Positions 40,342-50,523 of a DNA stretch of 64,000 bases are shown piece by piece; the stretch's first letter is position 1, and the number at the start of each line of letters is the position of its first letter. This DNA comes from Pavona decussata. Its lineage: Eukaryota. Under the pieces are notes generated by a model. It made no database searches. It was not told where the DNA came from and saw only the letters and a program-made list of their open reading frames with translations. The translations under genes and the position numbers were made by a program. The stretch spans positions 1,612,001 to 1,676,000 of the forward strand of contig CDRNST010000035.1 of NCBI GenBank assembly GCA_977016875.1, in the 5' to 3' direction.

Positions 40342-41307
40342 TCAACCTCCTCGACCACGCCCCCGGCCGCGTCCTCGACCACGTCCTCTACCTGAGGCTC
40401 TTGAAGCTCTTGAAGCTCTTGAAGCTCTTGATCCTCCTGAGGCTCTTGATCCTCCTGAACCCCCACTAGCCGAAAAGGAAGTTCGGGTAACTTCAGGATT
40501 GTTGGGATCATCTTTGTAAGTGGTCGTAATGGTATTGGTGTGAGTTACACCCGCCACGCGACGACCACGCGCTATTTGTAAATTGTCTTGTTGCAATCGA
40601 TCCAATTGACGCATAAGACCAGCTTGACGTCGACGTCGATTGCTGGAAGGGGGTGTGCCTCCTCCAGGTGAACCACCACCTCCAGGTGAACCACCACCAC
40701 CGGGTGAACCACCACCACCACCACCACCTCCTCCTCCTCCAGGTGAACCACCACCTCCACTACCTCCTCCACCTCTTGGAGGTGTACGTCTTGGAGGGGT
40801 ACGACCTCCTGTTGCTCCTGTTGCTGTTGCTGTTGCTGGAGCAGCGGCGGCCGCACGTCGTCTAGCTATACGTAAAATATTGGGCATGGGACGACCACGG
40901 GGTGTGCTTGGAGGAGGTTGTTGTTGGGGTGATGGCCACTGTTGAGCCCAACTGGCTTGAGAAGCTGGAGAAGCTTGAGAAGCTGGAGATAGTGTGGGTG
41001 GAGTTGGACCCATGGGAATGGGACTGAGATTGACACCAAAGGGATCTGGTCCTGGAGAAGGTCCAAGCGGAGAGGAAGTGGATACTCGAATCACATTTTC
41101 TCTGTCCATAGCATCGGTACTGACTCCAGATCGAGCCGCTGCTTGTCGTAAGAATTGATCATACCCTGACGGGGAGTCCAAATCGGGCCCTCGCAAGGCA
41201 TCTCCAATGTTGGCCATAAACCCGTCTGGGCTACTACTGGCTGATTGTTGTCTTTGGTATTGTTCCAGTAAATCAGATGTGGTCCAACTCATGGTCGACG
41301 TTTGCAC
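40342..41307 (-). CDS. Low-complexity Gly/Pro/Arg-rich protein with an (RG)n tail
   Basis: 321-aa ORF with SPGGGG and SRA repeats and C-terminal GRGRGRGRG. Confidence 0.65.
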   Translation of the reverse strand: MQTSTMSWTTSDLLEQYQRQQSASSSPDGFMANIGDALRGPDLDSPSGYDQFLRQAAARSGVSTDAMDRENVIRVSTSSPLGPSPGPDPFGVNLSPIPMGPTPPTLSPASQASPASQASWAQQWPSPQQQPPPSTPRGRPMPNILRIARRRAAAAAPATATATGATGGRTPPRRTPPRGGGGSGGGGSPGGGGGGGGGGGSPGGGGSPGGGGSPGGGTPPSSNRRRRQAGLMRQLDRLQQDNLQIARGRRVAGVTHTNTITTTYKDDPNNPEVTRTSFSASGGSGGSRASGGSRASRASRASRASGRGRGRGRGRGRGRGG

Positions 41308-41951
41308 ACGGTCGTATACCCTTCTCCTTTTAAAATGTTACTTTTTAAACGTTCGTCGTCGGAGGAACTTGGATGTAAATCAAAGAGTAAATAACCGTAC
41401 GGGCGTTTGGTAGATTCACGGTAGACTTGAAGCACGTCTTCCCAATCGGACGGAAAGGACTGCAAAGCTAAATTGCGCACACCCAATTGATCGCGCGGGT
41501 TTTTAAAGGCTATGATGTAGTGTGCATTCCTAGAGATGGTTTTGGCGTATTTGCCTGGAGGAAACATGTCTTGACACAGATACAAGACGGTCACATTACG
41601 ATGATGTGAATCTTTAGTAAATAAATCCAATACGCGCTTGTCATTGCTCCCTTCGGCCATGAGATCATCCAACACTAAAATGCCACCTTTTTGTTTTCCG
41701 AACCATTGATGGAGTTGATCCGTGTCGGGGATGCTTTCATGCATGCGGATTCCCTTTTTTGCCAAGTTCTTGAATTGATCTTGCCAAATGCCATAGCAAT
41801 AATGAACGTTGGGTGGACACTCTTTGAATAAAGTGGCTTTTTCTTCCAATATCTTGTCCACCAACCAGGATTTTCCGCACGAGGAAGGACCCACCAATAA
41901 AATGCTACTTGGAGAACGAAAATAAAATGCATGACATTCCATTTTTTTCAA
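41289..41951 (-). CDS. DNA packaging ATPase (A32/FtsK-HerA family)
   Basis: Walker A GPSSCGKS, Walker B ILVLDDLM, SHHRNVTVLYLCQ, and RPYGYL. Confidence 0.93.
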   Translation of the reverse strand: MKKMECHAFYFRSPSSILLVGPSSCGKSWLVDKILEEKATLFKECPPNVHYCYGIWQDQFKNLAKKGIRMHESIPDTDQLHQWFGKQKGGILVLDDLMAEGSNDKRVLDLFTKDSHHRNVTVLYLCQDMFPPGKYAKTISRNAHYIIAFKNPRDQLGVRNLALQSFPSDWEDVLQVYRESTKRPYGYLLFDLHPSSSDDERLKSNILKGEGYTTVCKRRP

Positions 41952-41985
41952 CCAACTAAATTTTTAATGCCAAGGTATTTTCTTT

Positions 41986-42537
41986 TTATACATCCAAATC
42001 CACTTTACGGAAGTTACTTTGTTGTTTGGGATTCATTCCCAATGTTTTTACATACATTTCATTGACAATTAAACGTTCAACTTGATGGCCTACTCGATGA
42101 TCGTTCATGACATAATCTCTGTCAAAGCAGTTGACAAAATCTTCCATGGTTTTTCCTCTGGCTTTGTACTTGAGGTACATCAAGGCATAATGCCCACAGG
42201 CATTGGAATCCAACGACTGCAAGGGTACTCCGTTGCATACAATCCTTTCGAATTCTTGCCGATTCAACCAGGGAACCAAGGCGGAACGATACCAAGACAG
42301 AGGTATTCCATAACTGTCCATCACTTCACAATCCCCTTGGTGCGTGTAAAAGGAGATCCAATGACTTCCGGGCTGATCGTGCGGATCCGTATTGACAATG
42401 TAAGCTTGAGGTTCGTACAAATCTGGTTTGGAAGGTAAACGATCCGCAGCAAAAACACCCACAAAAATAGATTTGAGATGAGGGTCTTGTTTGGCCAAGT
42501 AATCCAACTGTTGCGTGGTCAAGGCTACTAATTCCAT
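41986..42537 (-). CDS. Adenain-like cysteine protease
   Basis: NTD...GSHW (His), DSYG (Asp), LQ...ACGHY (Gln/Cys). Confidence 0.93.
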   Translation of the reverse strand: MELVALTTQQLDYLAKQDPHLKSIFVGVFAADRLPSKPDLYEPQAYIVNTDPHDQPGSHWISFYTHQGDCEVMDSYGIPLSWYRSALVPWLNRQEFERIVCNGVPLQSLDSNACGHYALMYLKYKARGKTMEDFVNCFDRDYVMNDHRVGHQVERLIVNEMYVKTLGMNPKQQSNFRKVDLDV

Positions 42538-43943
42538 TAGGACTGGTAGATGTTGTACAGAACAGCGCCGTTGGGATCAATGTGCATGAAATTTTCAAAT
42601 TCTCCATATATAATCACATTGATGACGTGAGTTGTGGCTGCTCCAAACAAGATCTTGATTTTGACATCTCCCGCTTGTTTGGGATTTAACATGTCCAGTC
42701 TGTCTCCACAGCCTGACGCCACATTGTCAAACATGAACAAGGTGGTGGTCTTGTCTTGTCCCCAGTGTTCTGGCTGGATCATGAATCCATGTTTGAACCG
42801 AGCACAACTGGCTTCTATCAACTGGTTGTAGATGTATCCATCCAATTGGTCATTGTTATGATTCATTTCTGTGATCTGGTAAGGGTATTCCTCACCTCTC
42901 ACAATCTGGCTGACTTTGGTCGCTCCAAATTTTTCAAAGCAGAAAGGATTTCTTGTATAGTTGCCATGATACGCATCGGAATGGACCATGCCCACTACCA
43001 CACGATTGGGAATGCGTCCTTTGAAGATATCTGTCTCCTCAAACACTTGCTGTCCTGTTGGGATGGAGAACACTCGGATCTCGGATCGGACTGTGGGGTA
43101 CATGACCACTTTTCTATTTTTTAGTCTGTCTTGAACCACTGTGTTGTAGAGATCGTGTCTCACTTTCACATGACACATGTGAAACGTGACTTTCAAATCT
43201 TCCTGGGTCAATCTGACATTAGCATTGGCACCTTGACCAATCATGAAGAAGTTAGGCTTATTTAGATCCAGCTTGATCCTCAAATGTACACCTGGTACAA
43301 GCAATTTGTTAATGTTGAAAATGTCTGCAAAGAGGCGACCTGTCAAAATGACTTCATTGCCACCCGCACAATGGGCTCTTAGGGCGAGTCCTCTTCTCAC
43401 AGCAGCTTGAGCCTCTGAAGACAGACCTTGAAGATCATCATGTCCAAGACCACCATTGGCTCCAATATTCAGGATATTAGCTGTCACTGCGGGGGGAAAG
43501 TCCAGAGCTGGGTAAAATCCCGCGTTCTTTAGAAATGTCTTGGTGTCCTCTTGGCTGTAGTTCAAGATGGTTTCCAGGTAGGCTTTGTAGGCATACGTGT
43601 CTGTTTGCTCGGTGATCAAGACTCCATTGACCCAGATGCTGGGTTGCTGAATCATGGTATGCATTAGATTGGGTGCTGGGAAAATGTCGTGAGCAGCATC
43701 TAAATCGGCTCCTGCTCCAGTTTGTAATCGAATTTTGAAGGAGAAGAAACTTCTCGACAAGTCCGTATAATCCATACTGGGTTCAATTTGAAACTCCACT
43801 GGGTTAATGCTTCGGCTGGTCGGGTTGACATCTCGAATGCGATAGGAATTGTATTGAATGTTGGTAGGCGGAATGGCAAAGAAATCGGACGATGAATCTT
43901 TCACAGCTTCAGAAGCTGGATGAGAGGATTGCGCTTCAGTCAT
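42537..43943 (-). CDS. Major capsid protein (double jelly-roll, PY/hexon-like)
   Basis: 468 aa with YAYKAYLETILNYS, GRIPNRVVVGMV, G.YTRNPFCF and IIYGEFEN; adjacent to the protease; ORF intact. Confidence 0.9.
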   Translation of the reverse strand: MTEAQSSHPASEAVKDSSSDFFAIPPTNIQYNSYRIRDVNPTSRSINPVEFQIEPSMDYTDLSRSFFSFKIRLQTGAGADLDAAHDIFPAPNLMHTMIQQPSIWVNGVLITEQTDTYAYKAYLETILNYSQEDTKTFLKNAGFYPALDFPPAVTANILNIGANGGLGHDDLQGLSSEAQAAVRRGLALRAHCAGGNEVILTGRLFADIFNINKLLVPGVHLRIKLDLNKPNFFMIGQGANANVRLTQEDLKVTFHMCHVKVRHDLYNTVVQDRLKNRKVVMYPTVRSEIRVFSIPTGQQVFEETDIFKGRIPNRVVVGMVHSDAYHGNYTRNPFCFEKFGATKVSQIVRGEEYPYQITEMNHNNDQLDGYIYNQLIEASCARFKHGFMIQPEHWGQDKTTTLFMFDNVASGCGDRLDMLNPKQAGDVKIKILFGAATTHVINVIIYGEFENFMHIDPNGAVLYNIYQS

Positions 43944-43987
43944 GGTGGCTGAAATAAACTGCCAAGATGAACAAAACGATCTCCTTT

Positions 43988-44392
43988 TTATACTGCCCAG
44001 GGTCTTCGATGAGCTTTGTAATGACCTCTGGCTCCCACGGCACCCATTCGCTTATACTGTTTACTTCGCCCCAATTTGACACCTACTTCGGCGGCTCCTT
44101 TCACTAGAGCACCCAACCCTATGCCTTGACCGCGTTGTTTCTTTCTTCTTGATCCGGCTCCTCCTTTCCTTCCTAACACCAAGCCACCCAATTTTCCTCT
44201 TTCACCTCGTCGTCTTCTTTCCATCATGTTTCTTTCGTTTTCTTGAAATTTTTTGATCCAAGCGGGATCTACACCAAATCTACCACCTCGTTGACGTTTG
44301 CTTTTGGTTCTTTTTTTGGGGGCAACACCTGGCATGGCACCATACATGGCACTATACAACGTGGGACTTGACACGGGCGCGTACGAATCCAT
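43988..44392 (-). CDS. Basic core-like protein with QRGG/QRGQG motifs
   Basis: R/K/G-rich 134-aa ORF in the structural block. Confidence 0.7.
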   Translation of the reverse strand: MDSYAPVSSPTLYSAMYGAMPGVAPKKRTKSKRQRGGRFGVDPAWIKKFQENERNMMERRRRGERGKLGGLVLGRKGGAGSRRKKQRGQGIGLGALVKGAAEVGVKLGRSKQYKRMGAVGARGHYKAHRRPWAV

Positions 44393-44398
44393 TTTTTT

Positions 44399-44737
44399 TT
44401 AACCAAAGATATCTCGATGACGTCGTCTTCGTTGTTTTCTTCTGGCTGGACCATGACGACGTCGCCTTTTAAGGGCTCCCCCACGTTGTTTCATTCTTCT
44501 GGGAAGGCTCAGGTTACGAAGAGAACGTCTTCGTTTTTTACCAAGGGCACCACCACGCATCATTCGACTGACTTTGCGTCGTCCTTGTTGAATCACATCT
44601 TGCAGTTTTCGTTTCGCAGCGCGTTTGATTCTTGGTAAGAAGGGCATGGCTTGACGTTTTAGCATCTTTAAGATACCGCCAATACCCCTCCCACCATTTT
44701 GATCCGGTCTATAAAAAGTTAAGTCACCTCCACGCAT
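44399..44737 (-). CDS. Arg-rich core-like protein with repeated xxGG motifs
   Basis: Contains MRGG, QNGG, MRGG and QRGG; ends RHRDIFG. Confidence 0.75.
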   Translation of the reverse strand: MRGGDLTFYRPDQNGGRGIGGILKMLKRQAMPFLPRIKRAAKRKLQDVIQQGRRKVSRMMRGGALGKKRRRSLRNLSLPRRMKQRGGALKRRRRHGPARRKQRRRRHRDIFG

Positions 44738-44805
44738 GTCTCTCTCTGATTTTTTTTATTAAAATGAATGAAATCACATTTTATACATGTTCTTTATATA
44801 GTTTT

Positions 44806-45850
44806 TCAGTGATTTAGGCGCCTTTCAAACTTGAGAGTCACAATCACATCACCTCCAAGGAAATCCACTAGTTTTCCATCCGTTTCTGTCATGGCCACTT
44901 CGATGTCATCGATAACATTTTTACGAATGGGTAGAAACTCTATGTGTCTTGGTTCAAAGTAAACGCGACCACGTCCTTTGGCATCAAACACCACTTCTCT
45001 TATCTTGTTGGTGATCTGGTGCCCCACCACTTGCGTCTGATTGGCATCGCAAAAGACAAACAGGCTTTTGACAGGGCTGCCAAAATTCATGATGAAATGC
45101 TCATTGATGTGGGTCATTCTCCAATTGCTCCAGCACGTCAGTTTCACGTAAGCTTCAGTTTCATCGTGTAGACTGGTATCAAAATCAGTATCACCTGGGA
45201 AAACCGTTTGCCAAAACTTGTTGGGAGTTGGATTGGGAATGTTGGGTTTGTCATAATGTTCAATGTGCAGTCCATAGTCCAGATCATAGACATCCTTCAA
45301 CTGGCCCGTCTTCTCATCTTTTATTTTTTCCACTTTGATGAAATGAAACGCCAACGCAAATGAAAGGCTCATATAGATATACACTTTTCCTTTGTCTAGG
45401 ACGTCTGTGTTGTCAATCAGAAGTTCTTGCTGTCCAGCTCGTTCTTGCCACTTGAACATGGGACGATTGGTTTTACCATCGGCGTTTGCCCATCTTGTTC
45501 CAGGGGACAGATCGAAGTAATAGTTAAAATCAATCCAATTGAACATTTTGTTGAAGAGAGACGTACGTACCATCTTGCACGCGCGGTTGATCATCCATCA
45601 CTCGTTCTACTTTTAGATTGTAGTGTTTTTTCTTTGGTACGATCAGATTCATACCAAAGGGAATTTTACCAAAGACATCGGCTTTCAATGTCGTCTGCAC
45701 ATCGGGAAACGAAATGCTGGACAGGCCCACTTCCCAATCGTTTTCTTGAAAGAACAACTGTTTGGGCAACCGTACCTTGTATTGGTTCGGACGATTGTTG
45801 GGAAAAATCTTCTTACTGGCAGTGCTTGGTAATGTTATGTAGAAGCTCAT
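44806..45850 (-). pseudogene. Minor capsid protein (penton/PX) copy 1, frameshifted
   Basis: N-terminus FYITLPS..S...FPNN...Y.VRLP...WEVGLSSISFP; C-terminus LFVFCD...QVVG...FEP...FLPIRKNVIDDIEV...G.LVDF...VTLKF. The halves are joined if a 4-bp duplication in ACGTACGTAC (45561-45570) is removed. Confidence 0.88.
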
Positions 45851-46927
45851 AATGTGACCAAATCTTTCTTGTTAATCCAACCGTTGTACTTGCTCGGCCA
45901 ACCTTTCCACTGAATGAAAACTTGATTGCCGCGCTTCTTTAATACTTTTTCGACACGGAAAAATGCGTCTTCAGCAATGTTGACTTTTTGTAGATCAGGT
46001 TCGTAAAACGTGCCTTTGACCGCCGTGCCGTCGTATTCTTGAATGTGATAACTCGGGACGGGACCTGTCAAGCGTCGTCGAATGACAAACACTTCTTCCG
46101 TCCATCCTGGCAGATAACTTTTCTTAAAAACACGTCGGACTTTACTCAAGCGTACTTTGTCTCCCACTTTAAATTTAAAACGCGTGGTAGGACGCACACG
46201 TGTGGCGTACAACGTTTTCCATACGCGTCGATCGTTTTGCATGGTCACGTCTTTAGGCGGCATGCCAATGGAACGATGTTTGGCTGCATTGTACCCTTGA
46301 ACCAAATCGGGTAACATGGTGATGTACGTCAACGTGTTATTCGCCGTCAAAGCACGGTACATGCGTGCTTTGAGTGTACGATTAAAACGTTCCACCGTGG
46401 CGGCTTTGGTATCGCCATGCGTGCTGAACAGATGAATGCCTTTGTCTTTTAAAAAAATCCTGAAACGTTTTATTGTAAAATTCACTGCCCTTGTCCGTTT
46501 GCAATTGCACGGGTTGACGTCCTTCTTTGAAAATCACTTCAAAAGCTCTTTGGAGTTCCTTTCCCGTTTTGTTCTTAATGGGAATGGCCCAAGCGTATTT
46601 GGATAACACGTCAATCACCGTCACCAGATATTTGAATCCTTTATTTTGACGACTCATCTTTTGCATGTCCACCAGGTCCGCTACCCATTGATGATCGATG
46701 CCCAAGGCCACCGTGGGATTCGTCGCATACCGTCGTCGCACGGGTTTGTGAAGCGTGTAAGGTAAATTACGACTCAAGATGGATTTAATTTTGGCAAGAG
46801 GTACGCCAGTCGCTTTTTGCAATCGATCCAAACCGCCATATCTTCCAGGATTTTTGGCATCGTAATAGGTCTTGATCACCATACGTTCTAAACGTTTTTC
46901 TTTGTCTCTTTTCCGTTTTCGTACCAT
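45847..46927 (-). pseudogene. Retroviral-like (rve) integrase with a C-terminal chromo-like domain, frameshifted
   Basis: WVADLVDM (D), LQTDKGSEF (D), VERFNRTLK (E), FKVGDKVR, IQWKGWPSKYNGWI. The frameshift lies in the A7/T homopolymer at ~46447-46457. Confidence 0.93.
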
Positions 46928-46930
46928 TTT

Positions 46931-47308
46931 TTACAGTGCGGCGACTCCTCGGGTGAAGGCGATTACGATGATTTTTCTCAACAGCAATCCTGCGATGTTC
47001 CCCAGAAGATTAGCAAACGATGGAATTAGATGAGGAAACTGATTAAATACCCATTCGCGATGTTCCTCGTATTCATCCAAAGGCACCGTGTGACGAATAC
47101 CTTCCATGTGAGTGATCAAATGCAGTGGTGTAAACGTTTCGTTGATCCTCTTCTTTTCCTCCATGTGATCGAGTAATTCGTCTTTAGGATCTGTATACAA
47201 TTGAGTATTCTCAAAATCTTTTTTGCGAACACCACTGAGTCTTAAAAGAAGACGCCAAAGGACTTCCTTCAACCTTCGTTTCCAACGTGGTATATATTGC
47301 ACCTTCAT
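46931..47308 (-). CDS. Polinton hypothetical protein (likely start MKVQYIPRW)
   Basis: ATG 47308 lies downstream of a TATA at ~47400-47407; the ORF abuts the integrase start. Confidence 0.55.
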   Translation of the reverse strand: MKVQYIPRWKRRLKEVLWRLLLRLSGVRKKDFENTQLYTDPKDELLDHMEEKKRINETFTPLHLITHMEGIRHTVPLDEYEEHREWVFNQFPHLIPSFANLLGNIAGLLLRKIIVIAFTRGVAAL

Positions 47309-47398
47309 GAATATTAAAAATAGACAACACCTACTCAAAGCTACTCTAACTACCCCCTTTTTCCTCATTCTAACTGAAAAAATTGATTGGGGGCCAAG

Positions 47399-47446
47399 CC
47401 TTATATAGCAATCGATTTGATTGACAGGTATGATCGCTATATAAAG
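47399..47446. promoter_or_regulatory. Compact divergent TATA pair
   Basis: CCTTATATAGC (47399-47409) and GCTATATAAAG (47436-47446) are inverted copies located at the strand switch. Confidence 0.55.
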
Positions 47447-47477
47447 ACGACACCATGTCATTTTTTTTGTCAATGCG

Positions 47478-48250
47478 ATGGGACGCAGTCACGACGTTTG
47501 GAGACAGCTATTTGGGGTCAGCAAAAAACCGTCCGTTCCAAAACCGTCACTTCGAACGCGTTTTCATCAGTCCATCGACAAAGTCTTTGGTCTACGCAAA
47601 AGGGAATGTGTAAAGAAGAAAAACTCGTTCGAAAAGAATGGCTCGCCATGCAAGATGTCTTCAACGAACAAGGACACTTAATCCCATTCAGCAAATTTTA
47701 TCATACCTTGTCTGAACATCCATGGCGCCGCTTATGGATCATTGCCATTCTACAACTTGTTCATGCAGATCAAGATATCGCACCCCCCACTGAGCCGGTG
47801 TACTCAGAATCCAGTTTAGCCCATCTTCGAAATCTCAGCCACAAAGTGCGCCAAGGTCTCAATAACTTATCCTTCTTACATGTCTATCAAACATGGCGTA
47901 CCTTGTTAACAGAAAATGGGTACGTTCATCCCACGTGGAATGTGACCGATTGCGAATTTACCAGTCACATGACACACGCTAGCATGTTGACGTGTCGCAT
48001 TCTGGAAGAAATCCTGTCATTCAAGCGTCAAGAATGTTTTTTCACCTATGAGCTGTTAGGATTGACGCATATCGACATGGATGATGTCTTTGATTGGTTA
48101 AGAGTTGAATTAAGAGGACGTGATTGGTTGGGCATCGACATACCTGATGGTGCAAGGTGTGATGGGAAGGTACTCAAACCTATAAAAAAGATGTGCAAGC
48201 CCGATGTGTTCTCTTTTGCTGCTGTCAGAGAAGAAGAAGATCAAGAATGA
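47478..48250 (+). CDS. Polinton hypothetical protein, probably frameshifted near 47610-47625
   Basis: The ATG 47478 frame (MGRSHDVWRQ...) overlaps the long frame that continues KEEKLVRKEWL...; the junction region is A-rich. Confidence 0.55.
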
Positions 48251-48275
48251 GCAGTAAAAAAGACCTCTTGAAGCG

Positions 48276-49046
48276 ATGCAAGCCATGGTGGATGGATTAG
48301 CAACGCCCGAACCCGTCAAACAAAAAAGAAAAAGCAACAAGGTAGCAGCCGCCATTGTAAAACCACAACAGCTGCCACCACAACCACAACCACAAATGAT
48401 CAGCGTCTCGCCAACGGCTTCTTCGGCGGTGGACATCATTACGTCAGAGGAAAGTGATTTTTTAAATCTACTCATGCAAGACATCAGTAGCAGTAATGAG
48501 ACCAAAACCACCACCGTGTTGATGGAAGAAAAAAGTTACGATTTGACCGTGTGTCCGTTTCACAAGTGCAAACTGACTGTCTTTGAATCTCAAAACGGAG
48601 ATGAATTCATCAAATGTCAAGTGGAGCAATGCTGCCTGTTTAGTAGCATGGAACGTTTCCAAGATTACATGAAAACCGTGAATGAAAAATTACATCCCAG
48701 TTACTTCAAGATTGGAGAACTTGTTTGCAAGTGTGAGCGGCCCGTCACCCTGAGAGTCAGCCAATCAGAGAAAAACCCCAATCGCCCCCTCTTTGGATGC
48801 AGAGAAAAGGAAAAGGAGGATCAATGTGGATTTTTTCAATGGGGCAACATTCCCCTGCTAAAAAAAAACAAGAACGTTCAAAAAAAAAATCCCCTAAAGC
48901 ATGGACCCTGTTGGAACATTTTTATTCGTCTATTTTTTAATTATAACATGTGGCAGTGTGTTTGCCCTTTTCTGGTTCTTCTGTTCTGTTATTTTACCCC
49001 ACGCCATGATGGGACAACAATAAACAACAACCATGTTTACCATTAA
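48276..49046 (+). CDS. GRF-type zinc-finger protein
   Basis: CKCERPVTLRVSQSEKNPNRPLFGCREKEKEDQCGFFQW is a zf-GRF; a second Cys/His cluster (CPFH...CQVEQC) lies upstream. Both ends may be frameshifted in A-runs. Confidence 0.8.
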   Translation: MQAMVDGLATPEPVKQKRKSNKVAAAIVKPQQLPPQPQPQMISVSPTASSAVDIITSEESDFLNLLMQDISSSNETKTTTVLMEEKSYDLTVCPFHKCKLTVFESQNGDEFIKCQVEQCCLFSSMERFQDYMKTVNEKLHPSYFKIGELVCKCERPVTLRVSQSEKNPNRPLFGCREKEKEDQCGFFQWGNIPLLKKNKNVQKKNPLKHGPCWNIFIRLFFNYNMWQCVCPFLVLLFCYFTPRHDGTTINNNHVYH

Positions 49047-49097
49047 ACAACGTTTTATTGACAACAACTGTTTTTTACTCTTTATTTACATGAGAGC

Positions 49098-49751
49098 TTA
49101 AACGAGAATGCCATCCAAGGGAACATCAGCAATAGACTCCACTATGTAAGACTTGTATTTAAGTCCATGCATGCTGGATTTAAATCCTTTACGCCTTGCT
49201 TCCTTCCTCCACTGACTGAACATGCGTTTATAGTTCCTGAGTTCCCGCCGGATGCAACTATAAATGTACTTAAATTTAAACCATTGCCATTGTCTGGGCT
49301 TAGTGAGAGGTGTCATGCCCATGGGAAGGCGTTTCAACTTCATGTTAATCAACTTCTTGTTGAGTTCTGGATATAAACAAAGTTCCAAAAGTGAGCTCAG
49401 TTCACGCACAATCAAACCCGTTACACCGGTTGGCATGATCTTACGATGCGCTATGGAAAACCTCCAAAATCGATCGTACACGTAGGTACACATGGCAAAC
49501 AAGTTTCTTGACTGAATTAACATGATGGTGTCCCATTGTTCCGGATCTCTGGTAAAGTTTTCTTTTCGATCAATAAAGGACTGAATATCTTGGATAGAAT
49601 AACGAATATCACTTGGTCCCACGTAGCTATATCTGGACATGCCAGCTTCCACCGCATCATCATTGATGGTTTCCATAATGGTCGCCTCTTCGCTTAAGGG
49701 AATCACATAGTTGACGTCTCTGAGCACAAAGGCTTCATTGATGGGATCCAT
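49098..49751 (-). CDS. Polinton hypothetical protein (217 aa)
   Basis: ATG lies ~35 nt downstream of the TATA of cassette 2; AATAAA signals on the - strand at ~49055 and ~49081. Confidence 0.7.
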   Translation of the reverse strand: MDPINEAFVLRDVNYVIPLSEEATIMETINDDAVEAGMSRYSYVGPSDIRYSIQDIQSFIDRKENFTRDPEQWDTIMLIQSRNLFAMCTYVYDRFWRFSIAHRKIMPTGVTGLIVRELSSLLELCLYPELNKKLINMKLKRLPMGMTPLTKPRQWQWFKFKYIYSCIRRELRNYKRMFSQWRKEARRKGFKSSMHGLKYKSYIVESIADVPLDGILV

Positions 49752-49783
49752 GATGGAAATGACGACTGAGCGCTGAACCTCCT

Positions 49784-49934
49784 CTTATAGTCTCTAGGAT
49801 ATGATGTCATCATGACGTCAATACCCCACGTGATCCTAAAAAAGGACGACCCCCCTCCCCCCCCAGGGGGTCTTTTTTGAAGTGACGTCATGCCGTCGTC
49901 ACCGTCACGTGGTACCATGTCAAGTCTATATAAG
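49784..49934. promoter_or_regulatory. Bidirectional promoter cassette 2 (paralogue of 37982-38131)
   Basis: Shares GACCCCCC..CCCCAGGGGGTCTTTTTT..AAGTGACGTCATGCCG.CGTCAC.GTCACGTGGTACC..TCTATA with cassette 1; lies between divergent ATGs at 49751 and 50012. Confidence 0.75.
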
Positions 49935-50011
49935 AAACGCTCATGCCCCTGTTCGACACTCGTTCCAGAGCTGCCTTGATCCAGTGATTGTCAAGACGTG
50001 ACGCAGAAAAG

Positions 50012-50353
50012 ATGTCAAGACAAAGCAAACGTCTAAGGTCAGAGCCACCTGAAATACAAGACTTAACCTTTACCTGTTTTGTTTGCCGAGCCACTTCAGA
50101 TTCCTGTGCGAACAATGTGATTCGTATGCACTGCTGTAACCAGTTTGTCCATGGCACATGTGCAACACGATGGGCTTCAAGCCATGATCGATGTGGACTT
50201 TGCAGACAGTCCCTAAGAGTCACAACAGCTGTTGCTGCCCAGCCCGTTCCTGTGGGTGTAGCCCCTAGCCGAGAAAACATGACGCGCCAGCAAGTCCTGG
50301 ATCGCTTACGAGGATTACTCAACTCGGATGAACTGCAACGCCAACTGGATCGA
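50012..50353 (+). CDS. Constant exon: RING-variant zinc finger (putative E3 ubiquitin ligase) plus a helical linker, ending at a phase-0 splice donor
   Basis: CFVC-x15-CC-x4-HGTC-xxx-W-x6-CGLC; codon boundary CGA|GTAAGA at 50353/50354. Confidence 0.8.
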
Positions 50354-50523
50354 GTAAGAAGATTATTGACATTCTTGATTTTATCATGCGCTCTTGTCAT
50401 GACATTATTATTGTTATTATTGTTAGTATTGTTAGTATTGACATTATTGACTCTTGTCGTGCGTATTACGTATTATTACGTATTATTCGGTGCACTGAAA
50501 AAAATGTATTTTATTTTTTTCAG

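Noticed and set aside
40572-40945. Poly-Pro, poly-His and poly-Val overlapping ORFs
   Set aside because: Alternate frames of the GGT/GGA repeat within 40342..41307.
49943-49987. Upstream in-frame ATG for the RING gene
   Set aside because: It is only ~10 nt after the TATA, so probably upstream of the TSS, and it is closed by TGA at 49985.
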